A stretch of DNA of 64,000 nt, taken from assembly GCA_977017645.1 (NCBI GenBank), contig OZ360240.1, positions 37,076,001 through 37,140,000 of the forward strand. Reading direction: 5' to 3'. Shown here one piece after another: positions 35,161 to 48,045 of this stretch (position 1 is its first letter; each line of letters opens with the position of its first letter). Below the pieces are notes generated by a model, which saw nothing but the letters and a program-made list of their open reading frames with translations, ran no database searches and was not told where the DNA came from. The translations under genes and the position numbers were made by a program. The stretch comes from Torpedo marmorata. Taxonomy: Eukaryota.

Positions 35161-36539
35161 GATTCTATGGTGCAGGGATTCACATATGAAAAAAAAAACA
35201 ATTTTAACGAGAAAGAAATCTTTGATTTGGGCACGTAACAATGTAGAATAATGGTGGGAAATTATGATAGATGATAATTGCTCTGCTCTTATATTTCGAA
35301 ACACGTGAAGTTCTATTACAGTGGACATTGTAGGTGTGATCACAAATAAAACAAATTGACAGGTAGTTGCCAATGCCATTCTGTTACACCCTGGGGATGC
35401 TTGGCTGTGTTGTGAATTCATCTTTGTCGTCGAAGTTTCTTATTTTTTGCCGATCAACAAAATTTTATAATTTATACACATGCCATTTGCAGAAATCATT
35501 GAAGTTTTTTTTTCCACGAAGGTTATGACAATATTTCCTTTCTTAATATCTCCGGGAGGAATAAAATTAAGACTTTAAAACATTATGCTTTGTGTTAAAA
35601 TATACGGCTAAAGCACACATTTAGTGTAAAATTATATGTTTTTTTTCATCGTGGAAACGTGAATACATACTACTGAATCGAATTATGGTCTACAGGCGAT
35701 CAGACCACTGTCATATAATATTATCTCTACCACTGTATGTTGATGTGGAAAACGAAAATAGTGCGTTACAGAACATATAAGATCACATAAACGAATTACT
35801 TCCACCAACCACCTGCTGTTTATTTAACCGCGTTTCCCCTGAAAATCAACTATATTCGTGCAAATGATGGTTTGCGGTGTCATCAGTATCGCCCCTTCCC
35901 AATTAAGTGGGATACATAGAACTGCCAAAGGAAACCCTTTATAAGCACGACTTGTTGGTCGAGAATTTAACGCATATCAAGATACAACTACAAAAAGTGC
36001 AATTAAAATGTTAATGAGTGCAATAATGGTCGTGGAAGGCATTCCGCATCAGTTTTGTTACAACACAAAAGACTGCTACAAATTCACATGTAAACGATGA
36101 TTGACACTGCAATGAAATTGTTAACTCGGAGACAGCGCAAGACCGCTTCCAAAAAGTTGCTGAATAAAAAGAGTGCTCACGCAGCCGAAACAAAAGCGAG
36201 AAAGGAACTTCAATTTCCAGAGGTAGTTCTTTATGCATGCAGTCCTAAAAACCACTTGATAAGAGTGTCAGAAATTATCTCTAAAACAATTGTAGCATAA
36301 TTTCGCCGCCTGGACGTTGCGTGTGCGTGTATGTGTGTGAAATGTAGCAGTATTTCTGTTTCTAGCTAAACCACGCTAGCTCGTTTGAATGTAGATTATT
36401 GTAAACCCACTGATCCTCGTTGCAAAGTAAGGTGGAGCGGTGGGGGTGGGGAATCAAGAACCTGTTATTGTGGCAATCACAACTGCAGATTTGGACTATG
36501 CAAATTTGCTTCGACAATGCTTCTGTGAGGCTTTGCTTG

Positions 36540-36840
36540 AAAAAAGGAGGCTGAATAAATGGGCTGTTGTAAATTGAATTAGCCCCTGATTAATCTCGCC
36601 TCAGTCCTGCTCTCTCAGTGGGATGGCTTTGGAACTCCAGCCGCTGTCTCTGCAGGAAAGCCCCGGCTCAGCAGCGTGGCCTGTCCCCTGTCAGCATGCT
36701 GCAGGATTTGTTAACTGTTCACCGTGAAATAGCTCATAATACCTTACCCAAATCGTTTTTACAACACGATCACCCCGGGCTCATTGGGGTCGCTACCTGG
36801 ATCCCAATTAGGAGAAAGACAAATCATTACCACATGTAAT
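36540..36840. promoter_or_regulatory. Candidate upstream conserved non-coding element
   Basis: Unique sequence about 2 kb 5' of the exon with TGATTAAT (Pbx/Hox-like), AATTAG, CTGTCA and TGTTAAC motifs. Not tested for conservation. Confidence 0.35.
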
Positions 36841-36983
36841 AGCAAATTGTAACTAGGGACATTAAGATGAAAATTGTGATTTTCTTTTCATGATAAACAC
36901 TTCCAATCAATTGATCTTTAAAAAGTTATAAAGTCATTTCACATGGCAAAAGTTTATACAGTCCAATTAATCTGTACCTTATC

Positions 36984-37123
36984 CATACCTTGGTGAAGGG
37001 CTCAAGACCGAAACGTTGGTTATGTATCTTTACTACATAAAGTGCACTGTTTGACCTGCTGAGTTTCTCCAGCATTGTGTTTTTACTTCAACCACGGTGT
37101 CTGCAGACTTTCGTGTTTTACTT
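36984..37123 (+). mobile_element. Short Penelope-derived insert beginning with a hammerhead motif
   Basis: CATACC-TTGGTGA-A-GGGCTCAAGACC-GAAA-CG-TT-GGTTATG followed by the shared module tttgacctgctgagtttctccagc...gtctgcagactttcgtgttttact. Confidence 0.8.
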
Positions 37124-37579
37124 CCTTACAATTAATGTGTACGTTTGAGGGTCATGGTCTTAATATTCCAGCTTGAGGACCAATTGTGACAGAATGTTGT
37201 GCAGAATGGCGAGGGAATAAAACATTGTTGATCCAATAACATTTCTGAGCGTGAAATTATTTCAGAGGCTCCATGAATTTGCTTTGGAAAATCGTTTAGG
37301 ATTGGAAACTCTGTCGGCAGCATCTATTGTAATAATTCATTTATTTCTAGATGTTTAATCAGCAATAATGATTTTGCCCTTCTTTATGTCAAAATGAAAA
37401 TACACCGGAAGAACGCCAAACTGAAAAGAAAACCTTGGCAACAAGAATCAAATAGTTTGAAAGGAGTTCTTGCCAACATTTCCAGTAAAGAATTTAGAAT
37501 GCTTGACTTGTTCTATCGAATTACTTCGTAGAAAACAATTGGTAATTGTTTTAAAAAAAACAAATGGTTGTCGGTCACC

Positions 37580-37708
37580 CAATAGACAATAGGTGCAGGA
37601 GGAGGCCATTCGGCCCTTCGAGCCAGCACCGCCATTCACTGTGATCATGGCTGATCATCCACTATCAGTACCCCGTTCCTGCCTTCTCCCCATATCCCTT
37701 GATTCCCA
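37580..37708 (-). mobile_element. CR1 3'UTR fragment
   Basis: caatagacaatag tail plus ggccattcggcccttcgagcc. Related in reverse complement to 8200-8330. Confidence 0.8.
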
Positions 37709-38117
37709 CAGAAAACAAATAAAAATACTTTACATTAAATTACTCTTATTTTGGAAACTATTTTGCGAACAGTTGAATTAAAATCTCCTTTTAATTTATG
37801 TGCGCATCCATTAAACCTTGGGATCTATCTCGTTGAAATTTATAACGTTTGAAAGTATATTAAAATAGAGTACTTTTTTTATTGTAAAAATATGTATTAG
37901 AGAGTTATATATCGTATGAAGGACCTCAAAGCAACCTGCTGGACATCTGCTCAGAAACGCAACCTTATTTGGTGGCGCTGGGACGAAGATTTTCCCGGTT
38001 GAATGTCGTAATACGACAGGACCGTTAATTATTTCGACCTACTGAAGAATTAGTCCCCTGTTCCGAACATGTATTTAGTTTAAACGGCTAAGTAGTTGAG
38101 AGATTGTCCTCAATGTT

Positions 38118-38428
38118 TCTTTTTAAAATATTTTTATTGAGTTTAACATATATCATATATACATGATCCGTAATAGACAGATAATAAATCTTTTCGTATA
38201 CATATATTATAACTTATTGGAACGACATATAACTATTTTCCATATAGATCAAAGTTAAATTCTATTTGATTTAAAAAATAAACACTAATAGACATAGCCA
38301 AACCCATTTTCCAATTGCTCAAAAAAATGGAACAAAAACAAAGTAAAAAGAAAAAAAGAAAAGAATCCAACAAAAAAAACTAACCTAATTCTAATTTAAC
38401 CCCTTCCTCTAATCAAGATTGCCATAAC
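38118..38428 (-). mobile_element. L1-like 3'UTR fragment with 15-bp TSD
   Basis: ATTGTCCTCAATGTT at 38103-38117 and 38429-38443. Minus strand ends AATAAAAATATTTTAAAAAGA. Confidence 0.75.
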
Positions 38429-41400
38429 ATTGTCCTCAATGTTATGCTTATTTTTTTTGCAGCATCCTATGATTGACAATGCTTATCAATTCATATTTGA
38501 CCGACTCGGCTGCTTCTAAGTTTTACAAATGAATTCTTCAGTAATGATTTCTTCCCAGAATTATTTTTTATGGAAGAAATCGAATTTATGATTGTTAATT
38601 TAACATCCAATGAAAGTTTAATATGACCATTATACAAGAGGAAATTTTAATGTCGAGCTCGTACTGTGGTTGTTCTTCCCAAAGAGAAATGAACATTATG
38701 AATGGTATACCTGTTGGAAAATGTGGAATCCGCGAGGATTACGGTAATTCGGTATGAATTAATTATTATGGGCAGTGTAGATCGGGAATTTTTACATCTC
38801 TTTTCAGGGAGAAGGAAAAATACTTTTTTTGCCATTGGAAATTTGCCTCATTGATGTGTTAACAGGCCTTATTGATGTGTTCTCTCGGTCAAAGCGGCTA
38901 GTTTTCACATCAGCCGTATCTGGTCTCAGATGCACACAGTGAATATAACACAAGGGACGAGCCAGATGACCCCTCTCCAGTTTGTTGATGGCAAGAACAA
39001 TATTCGTCTTGTCCAAACACACTGAATTGGCTGAGCAACTGTATTCCATCCTCGCACTCCGCCGCGACTATAGACAATCAGCAAAACGTTTGTTCTGCTC
39101 GGGAAAGCTGGAGAAGCTTTTGTGTAGTGTTTTTTTTTTCAAACTTTACTGGAATTGCACAAAGTTAATGTAAATGATAAAGCCACTGAAGAGTTGCAAA
39201 GCTTTTCCAATCTGCTGTAGTACAAAACAGATCACAACAAAAGTGATTCCATTCAGATTTCATTATAACAGTGGTTTTAAAAGGCGTTTCATTTATTGAC
39301 ATGGATATCGAAATGCAACCGTGTCTTATCACAAGATTCGGCTCTTCTTTTATTGCATCTGGTTAAAATGACAGTTTACTGCAGACCTCATGGTCATCTT
39401 TGTGTACTGTTCTGCAACATACAATCCTTACTTTAGAAGTAAGCACGACTTTCCAACAAACTTATCATTAACCAAAGTTGGCATTTTGATTACTTTACTT
39501 TGGGTCACTCCTTAAAATTGATATAGAAAAGGGCCTTACATCTGAGATCATTTACTATCCCTCGGGGCACATAACCTTTGTTTTGCGATTAGGTAGACCT
39601 TCACTGAGGTGACGGCTTGCATATTCTTTACCTTTAGTTGTAAAACCAGAAATGAGATAGGCCTTTTCCTGAACCATTCTGAATTCTATCCTGGTCGATA
39701 ATAATGAACACTTATAGAGCGCGTTGAAACAATCCGAGAATCAGTCCATCCACCGATTTTTGTTACGGCTTATTATTGTCATAGTGATTCAAAAAGGTTT
39801 CCACCTATATGTGAGAACAAGAGAATAGCTGTACATCCATTTACCACATTGATTGAATTTGTGCAATTCTCTTGTCCATTAGAACGTTAGCAACTTTTTT
39901 GGGCAGATTGGATGAAATTGAAATCGATGCCTTCCGAATTTCAGACTCCCAACTCTTTCATAAGTAATCGAATAAACGTTTTTAAAATCCCCGCCAATAT
40001 TTCGTACTTTTGGGAAGGCAGTTTCTACTTGTAGATGATTTGCTGTTGAGTTGCTTTTTTAAAATCAAGATAGCACTGTAATAATCAACGCTAAAATATT
40101 TAGATAAGTGTTTGTTGGTGTCATAACATCATCTATTCACCCTTTACTGCATATGTAGATTAATAACTTGCACCTGATTGATTTAGTTAAGATATTGAAA
40201 GCAACTGTTCACACCTTTCATCCTCACGAATCCAGGCATGAAAACTAAAAGGTTACTTTGCTTAAATTTTGTAAGGGTTACGATGGTCGTACAGCGACGT
40301 ATGTTTAAAAAGATACTGTTGATCGGGGTTGGAATTTGCGTTCGCATTTCACGGATCGTTGAACACACTATCTATCTGTAAACAATGAAATAAACGATAT
40401 TTAACTTTCAGCTTCATTTTATTGGTGGATGCATTTAGATTTTAAGAAAGATGGATTCCGATTATGTGGATCACGAAATGTATTTTTAATCTAAAACAAT
40501 TAAATCTCAATTTAGGAATGTACAATAATTAGTATAGAATCAAATCCCATGTGCATCAACTAACAATCTCACTCCCCTCTTCCTCCTCTTTTATCTTTTT
40601 TTTTGGTTAATAGCGCGAACTTCCAGTGCGACACGTTTCGAAAATAAAACTGACCATAACAGAGTGAACAGTCTGGGGAACAAATAAATTCGCTCTTCAC
40701 CCACACCCCCACCCCCATCCCCACCCCAACCCCAACCCACCAATATATAAACTAGCTCGAATGCGGTGAGCAATGTATTGCATCAGAATTAACTTTCACT
40801 CTTTTGGGATTTGGGAGGGCCTCTCTCCCTCAACGCGAATCTGAAAAACAAGTCAGGGAAATAAATCGATTTAAAAGGAAACTTTGAACGTACAAAGTTT
40901 TGTCAAGATTCCCCAATTTATAGTTGCAGGGCTGATTGTAATTTCTGGCTATGAGACTCTTTGGGAGAGTTGAGAGTTTTCAGCACTCCATCTTTGTGTC
41001 ACCCCCTTGGGACCAGAAGGCCGATGGTCTCTTCCCGCTTGAAATGTAGTTAATACACAGATGCAAAGTCAGCTTTCTATTCTATTTCCCTTGCAGACGA
41101 ATCTTCACCACACTGCCACGCACCCTTGTGTGAAATCCAGTCAGCACCCCTACCCAACCCCCACCCCTACACCCACCATCCCCACCACACACACAAAAAA
41201 AGAGCTGCTAAGTAATTGTAGGACTATGGAAATCCACGAAGGCCTGTTTAAATAAGCAGCGAGTAATCGGCGGCGATTTATTCCGCGGACTGACAGTTCC
41301 TTTGAACAGTAACGGAATGGTATTTTCTGGCTTTCTGAAAGCTTTTCTTAAAGTTTTTTTTTCCAGATGAGACCGGAGGGATGAATGCGGGTATTATGTT

Positions 41401-43128
41401 AGCCGAGTCGCTATTCTGAAATGCCAAATTAATTACGAGGAGCTGCTTCTGTGCAAGAGTCCCTCCGAAGAAGCTTCAGTGTGAAATTATGTGTTTTAAG
41501 AAAGATTTAAACAAACACGCTGCCAAAAAGACCAGGAACTACATTTTCACATCTCTGGAGCAACCAGTCGGTGCGCACAACGCGGGCACTTCTCATTATT
41601 TAACATTCTAAGGATTGCACACGTGTATTCATTCTACCTGTGACTGCACAACCCTCAACTATTAAATAATTCACGCTTGCACCAGGCATAATCTAGAGCC
41701 AACAAGTGCCGAACAAAAGTATTCATTCTCCAATATTTACAATTTTCGACGTCTTGGCTTTCTCTTGACAGATTGTTCACCGATTTCTGCGGGTGGGAAA
41801 GCAGACGGATACTGACCTGTATTTTACAGCGAACACCAGCGTAACAACACCCAGAACATATTCCTGCAGCTCTCGTCTCTTCTGGGTAACGTTCTTTTGG
41901 CGAGATTGCCAAGAAATCTTTGTTGTGTGGTTTCGACCTTCTTTATAAACGCTGCCAAAGTCAACACGCCAATGTTTTTACTAATAATTTCATTTTAATA
42001 GAAGGGAGGGGGCGGATCTAGAAGAACAAGTTGAAATCAACCGAAACGAAACGCCAATTGTCAGACTTCCTCAGAATTTTATCCTTAGAAATTTGTCTGC
42101 TCCGCCACAGATAAATGAGCAAACCCAACGTTCTAAAATGGCACTTTATAAAACACAACCAATTGTGTGGATTTCCCTTAAAACAATAAACTGCAACTTA
42201 AATATCTGTAGCTAAATTCAGGTTAGCAACTAAAAGACCTTTAATGCAATGAACTGGGAGATCCTGCACTGGTTCTGAGTTTGGGAACATAGACGATAGA
42301 AGATTACTTCTTCAAGTCAAAATGCAGGGTAAGCCCACGTGACAATAACGGGAATCACGCTCTTTTGCTTTTGAATCCAAATACAACCTGCAAAAAAAAA
42401 AATCCAACCACTTTCCAAATAAATTGAGGTAGGATGTAAATGAAGGTTAAAATATCTATTAATAAAACATACTTGATGAGTAACTGCGTGTATTTTGTAT
42501 GTAATGCGTAAATATGGGTATATACTGAGTTACTGGCAAGGTGTGCATGCAGACGTTAAGTTTATGTGTTATGAATTGTATTTGGCGTGGAGAAAACACG
42601 CGTTGCTTGAGGGTTCGTTGCTTTGCAAGGTAACATTTTAGATTTAATATCCCAAAGAACCGTTTCCGTTTTCACGAGGAGACTGCCTTATGACAATGAT
42701 TAATTTATAAGAAATTGAAAATTATTGTAAAACGAGATTAACGGGGTAAATGACAAATTAGTAAAATGTTGTTTATTGTTTCTCATGAACTTTGACTCAT
42801 CACACTAAAACAATAATACAATTAGAGTGATGCTTTGATGGTTAGTTTATCTACAGGGGATAGAAATATGCTTCTGGCTTACAATTTCTGAAGAATAATG
42901 ACGCAGTTCTAAATAACATGGGACAAGGTATTTTACTGGATTCGCAATTCTGAGGCCACGACTCGTGATGTGGAGACGTGTTCAGAACACTCTTGGGGTA
43001 TTTCAAATCAGTTAATTGTGTACACCTGGAATTTCTAAAGCAAGTGTTATTGACACTGACAATGAAACTATGGGATGTTCGTCAAACCAATCTTGTTCCT
43101 CGGTTGTCCCGGACACCACACCGACGTG

Positions 43129-43320
43129 AAGTAAAACACGAAAATCTGTAGACACCGTGGTTGAAGTAAAAAACACAAATGCTGGAGAAACTCAGCAGGT
43201 CAAACAGTGTCTTTTATGTAGCAAAGGGCTCAAGCCCGAAACGTCGGTTATGTATTTCTACCTTTGCTACATAAAAGACACTGTTTGACCTGCTGAGTTT
43301 CTCCAGCATTTGTGTTTTTT
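43129..43320. mobile_element. Penelope-derived fold-back mini-element with 14-bp TSD
   Basis: TSD ACCACACCGACGTG (43115-43128, 43321-43334). Perfect 61-bp inverted repeat (43167-43227 / 43261-43321) around a loop containing GCTCAAGCCCGAAACGTCGGTTATG. Confidence 0.88.
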
Positions 43321-44313
43321 ACCACACCGACGTGGTCGATTCCGATCTCCCTTCTGAAGTGACCCAGCAAATCTTCCAGATATGCCACATTTGGGCATAG
43401 ACATCAACTGCTGTCTCCATCTTGTGAACGTGGAAAAATAAATGAAAGAGCCCCAAACAATTTTTAAAATGCTAATACCCTGTATATATCGTCACTGTCA
43501 AGCATTTACAAAGGCAGAAAATCAAGTTCACGAAGTTACTATACACCCCCACCCCCACCAGCCAGGTCCAAACATTGAGGGACTCTTCCAAGGCGCAATT
43601 GAATCCCAGGGCAAGCGCTTGTCACTGAGCTCTTACAGAATGAAGTGGATGTTTTGAAAATAAAATCGGTGACTTCCCCAAGTCAGAGGTTTATTGCTGT
43701 TTTCACGGACAGCGCCTTTTCGTGAGATGCCTGCAGCCACACTTTCTGTGGAGGACACGGTTGGCTGACAAACATTAAAGCGCAAATGTTGGAGAGCGTT
43801 GATAAGAGTGGTAAGAATGGTTGCTAGAAATCAGACCATAATCAGTTTAGAAGGTTATCTTTTTAAAAATCAAACCATCAGATTAGTCTTGTCTAAACAA
43901 AAGATAACGACGAGTAAACAAAATGCGACGAAGAATCTAAATCGAAAACACCCAGTTTCTTCACTTTCTCTCCTACCTCTGATCTTTAAGCTTTTACACA
44001 AAAGGCAAAAAGACAAGTTCCCTCATACACTAAGGTTCCCACCTCAGACATGACCACTTCATTGACAACGGTGAGAGGCAGGATCTTCCATACCACCACA
44101 CTCATAAGAGTTGCGTTTAAGTAGGCTGTTCCCAATTTGCGGCATTTTCCGATCCAGTGGCACTTTCTTTGAAAACGACGTTCCATCATCGCAGCAGACC
44201 AACACAAATTTCTCTACAAATCTCCTTGTCTTTCGATAGTCAGCCACAGCACTAACCACGGGAACACCGCAGGGCAAATTATTTATTCGAATAAATATTC
44301 TCACTGATGTTAT

Positions 44314-44631
44314 GGATTTTAACTTTCTTTCTCTTTGGGGTTCTTTTATCAATTAATTTCCGACCCCATTGTTATTATTATTAGCAGTGGACTCCTTAAC
44401 TTGGCCAGCAAGCCCTCATAGGGTGGGGCTAGATTCTTAGTCGAGGAATATATGTTTTTTTTCTTTCTTTCCTTTTTTTCCAATTTAATAACCTGGGTTC
44501 ATATGACCCTTGTTCACTGTTATTTGATATTTGTAACTCGATATTAATTTACTTTATCATTATTATCATATGTACCTATGCGATTTGCGTATGTTAAAAC
44601 CAATAAAAAGATTGAAAAAGAAGGAAGAAAC
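44314..44631 (+). mobile_element. L1/Tx1-like 3'UTR fragment with 12-bp TSD
   Basis: CACTGATGTTAT at 44302-44313 and 44632-44643. Ends CAATAAAAAGATTGAAAAAGAAGGAAGAAA. Confidence 0.65.
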
Positions 44632-45063
44632 CACTGATGTTATTATTTACCGAGAGGTCTCTGAAACAAACTTTTAGCATAAGGTTGACCGGGTAATCAG
44701 TGTGCGAGGTTTACTAAAACGGGAGCACTTCTATTTATGTGTAACCAATTTACCGAATTTTGCGCGCACGGAAAGTTTTACATTCTCAGTCTGTACAGTA
44801 CTGCAATCAGGATTGCCATGACTTCTGTACTGTGGAACAATTGTTACATCTCAAGGGCAATATGATGCATGAGAAGTGATGCTGAAGATCGTACTATTAT
44901 TTGGATTCAAAGCATGAACCTCAAGAGCAGAATTATCTGAACAAACGTGCACTCTTCATCTAGGGGTCAGACACGGATGGATGGCGGCTGGGTCATGCAC
45001 TCAAGTTGCTGTGTTACCTCAGCTATAACCGAACAATTAACATTTATTAACAATTAGTAAATG

Positions 45064-45362
45064 TCTTTTTGAAGGTATGGAGCCCATATACAAAACCTGT
45101 GGGTTTAAGGATTTGAAGATCTCTTGATATCGGGTCTGACTGGAGAACCTGTGTTCCACAATAAAATTAATTTATAGTTGTTTCTTTTAGAATGACATTC
45201 TCCACACTCTATTCTTTTTTTATTTCTTTTTTAGTAGAGGGGATGGGTGGGTTAGGGAGGGGGAAGGGAGGGAGGGGAGGGTGAAAATATATCACATGTA
45301 TTTTGATAATTTTGTATTTTATAATCGTGTGATTTGAAATTTTAAATAAAATATTAAAAAAA
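45064..45362 (+). mobile_element. L1-clade 3' end (same family as 2019-2764) with 15-bp TSD
   Basis: tggagcccatat...ctgtgggtttaaggatttga shared with the 2 kb copy. TSD AACAATTAGTAAATG at 45049-45063 and 45363-45377. Confidence 0.88.
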
Positions 45363-45817
45363 AACAATTAGTAAATGGAAATAGTTTTCGCAATGAAGCA
45401 TTTCATATGTAAAGTGCACTAAAGTACCTTAACAATAACCGCGTAATTATTTATAAACCATGATATTCGAGAGCGAATAAATAATATGGAAACATTGAAG
45501 GATGACAAATGTTGCTGTGATAATAAAAGTGGCAAACCAAACTTGTCTCATTTCTGAAGCGCAAGCGAGAGTCACAAGGAAGGAAACTGGGAAATGAATG
45601 TTCGTGCTCACAGCCTTGGAAGCGTCAACTGTCTCAGCGCACAGACTGGTATATCTCATGTGCCGCTGCTCCTGGTGAGTGGGAGAATAACAAACATCAA
45701 TATTGCCAACAAAGCAAGAAGGTTAAATGTTATGAGAAATGCACTGTAGGAAATAAACAGAAACGGGTTATTGAAGAGGAGAGAGAGTCTGTTCCTCGCC
45801 AAACTGATTGCACAATG

Positions 45818-45831
45818 GCGCCACCCAGTGG
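45818..45831 (-). promoter_or_regulatory. Candidate CTCF site
   Basis: Minus strand CCACTGGGTGGCGC is one mismatch from the CCAC(C/T)AG(A/G)(G/T)GGCGC core. Confidence 0.35.
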
Positions 45832-45894
45832 TGCTTTTGTTCGTTTCGTTTCCATATTCAAGCATCTTCTCCAGATGATTCAATCATCTTCAAA

Positions 45895-46057
45895 AACGAG
45901 TCTGCAGACACGGTGGTTGAAATAAAACACAATGCTGGAGAAACTCAGCAGGTCAAACAGTGTACTTTAAATGGTAAAAATAAAGATACAAAACCAACGT
46001 TTCGGGCTTGAGCCCTTTATCAAGGTATGAGCAAAATGTAGGCAGGCGCCGAACAAA
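45895..46057 (-). mobile_element. Short Penelope-derived insert with hammerhead motif (45991-46029)
   Basis: Minus strand CAUACC-UUGAUAA-A-GGGCUCAAGCCC-GAAA-CG-UU-GGUUU plus the shared terminal module. Confidence 0.82.
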
Positions 46058-47285
46058 ACGATACATCACCTGCGTTTCACAGAAATTTGGTATTACAGTA
46101 TTTGAAAGATGGTACATTTTCTGTAAGGCGTTTTATTGGCTAATTTGACTCGTACTCAAAACATAAAGTACCTCACAAAAAATATTGCATTTAAATTGAG
46201 AAGTTGGGTTAGTGTTTATACGATAAAATAACCTTTTTGTTTCAAGCACTCCAGCTATGAAGAAATACTTTGGGGAAATTTAATTTTCCTTTGCAGATTG
46301 AGATCTTTTATGGGATGGCAGGATTTAGGCACAACACATTCACAATGCAAATGAGAAAGTAGATTTTAGAATATAATAAAAATGTAAGTTTTAAAATGGT
46401 GACTGGAAGGGAAAGGGGGGGGGGCTGCATTTTGTGGCTGCATTCCTTACTTGTTATCAGCTTGGGAGCTGATAAGAAGCTCCGTATTTGGTAGGGTGGT
46501 GTGAGACTAACCAACAAATCGCAAGAAAATTTTAAGGAACATGTACTTATTTGGAGCAGTCAGTTCGAATGTTCCACAAAAACTAAAGGTTAAAAACTAA
46601 AACTGAGGTGATATTGTAAGCGACGAGTCAGTCTCCTTTCTTGTAAGCTAGCTGCTGGTGGTAGTGCTTCTCGCTGTAACTGAGTGCTCATGCTTTGCAA
46701 AGTGATTAAAGGTTTGTTTGCCAGCTGTATTCTTGCTTGCTTTGGAGCAACCTCGGGTCCACTTTAACACAAATGATAATGGAATTAATTTGAAAATAGT
46801 TGAATAAACACCGTTGAAAGTCCGGACTTGGTGGAGGGATTTTAGGAACCAGAAGCAATGGTTTGACTGAAGATCCAAAGCATTCCCAATTGGACAGAGG
46901 AGGAAACAATTGGCACGCTTTGGTCACTTTCCCTTCTTCCTGAGCAAACCTCTGTAGTTCTTCATGATCTGGATTAATTTTCAGTTAATGTTTGAGAAAA
47001 TGCTTGCAGTATGCACACCAGTTATCCATGGCAGGCACAAGATCGTAAATTAACCAAGCAGGCAACTTTTGAGAAACGCACAGACCTGCTGATCCACAAA
47101 ATCCTGTGGCAGTTGCTTAAGAGTTGAGGAAATGTCGGTGAGCACATTTGTGACCACCTCGAACCTTATTTATAGACAAATGTCATGGAAGTTGATACAA
47201 CTTCATATGCATTTTTCCATGTTGCCCCCATTTTAAACAGACACACCCATTGGAAACTGGGATGCGAAGGAGCCCGTGGAAATCC

Positions 47286-47407
47286 AGAAGAAGGGCTCAG
47301 GCTCGAAACATCGACTGTCTTTTACTTCCTATTGGTGTTCCATGACCTGCTGAGTTTCTCCAGCACTTTTATGTGCTACACTAGACCACAGCATCTGCAG
47401 ATTTCTT
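47286..47407 (+). mobile_element. Short Penelope-derived insert, degenerate hammerhead
   Basis: agaagaagggctcaggctcgaaacatc...gacctgctgagtttctccagcac...catctgcaga. Possible 7-bp TSD GAAATCC. Confidence 0.7.
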
Positions 47408-47494
47408 GAAATCCCCCAATCCCCTCACCCTCCAGTGGAAGAGAAATTTGTTCAACTACAATAAGTTCACATAACATAAAATTCAACATCCCAT

Positions 47495-48045
47495 ATTTCA
47501 GATTTATTGCCACATACATCTTGGAGGTTGGCTCGAACTGGCTGGAGGAGTACCAGGTATCGGAACCGGATGTGAGGGGGTGCCCAGGGCGACCTGACCG
47601 TGTTGGAGGCTCGGATCTGGAGCTCGGGATGCCAATCGTTTGGACTGGACTCTGTGTGGCTGCGGAAGCGCTGGAGGCGAATCTATGGACACTCGGTGAC
47701 TCTGGGGGGACTCTCTTTTGCTTCTCTTTCTCTGACTGTAAGGAATGTTGGAGGCACTTAGGCGGTTTCTGCCGATGGCGAATCTGTCTGCCTTGCAGCA
47801 GGCAAAAATAAATTTTGTGGTATATGACACTGTCTTATTGCTGTGACAATAAAGTGAATCTTGAATCTTGAATCTTGACATCACATACAACCCTGAGATT
47901 CTTTTTCCTGCGGGCGAGGCAGAATTACCATTTATTGGCAGTGCAAAAAAAAACGGACTCAACTTACACATGTAAACAAATAAAGAAATGTAAACAAGCT
48001 GACTGCAAAACAGAGATAGAAAAAAATCAATAAAGTGCAAAAGTA
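47495..48045 (-). mobile_element. Rex1-clade 3'UTR fragment interrupted by an insertion
   Basis: 47497-47520 and 47878-48045 align with the uninterrupted copy at 50984-51190. Confidence 0.78.
47521..47877 (+). mobile_element. GC-rich non-coding retroposon with (ATCTTGA)n tail (copy 3, 5'-truncated)
   Basis: Closely matches the reverse complement of 27527-27885. Ends GACAATAAAGTG(AATCTTG)3. Confidence 0.8.

Noticed and set aside
34858-35421. 187-aa minus and 102-aa plus ORFs upstream of ntn1
   Set aside because: No recognisable homology. More consistent with 5'UTR or promoter sequence.
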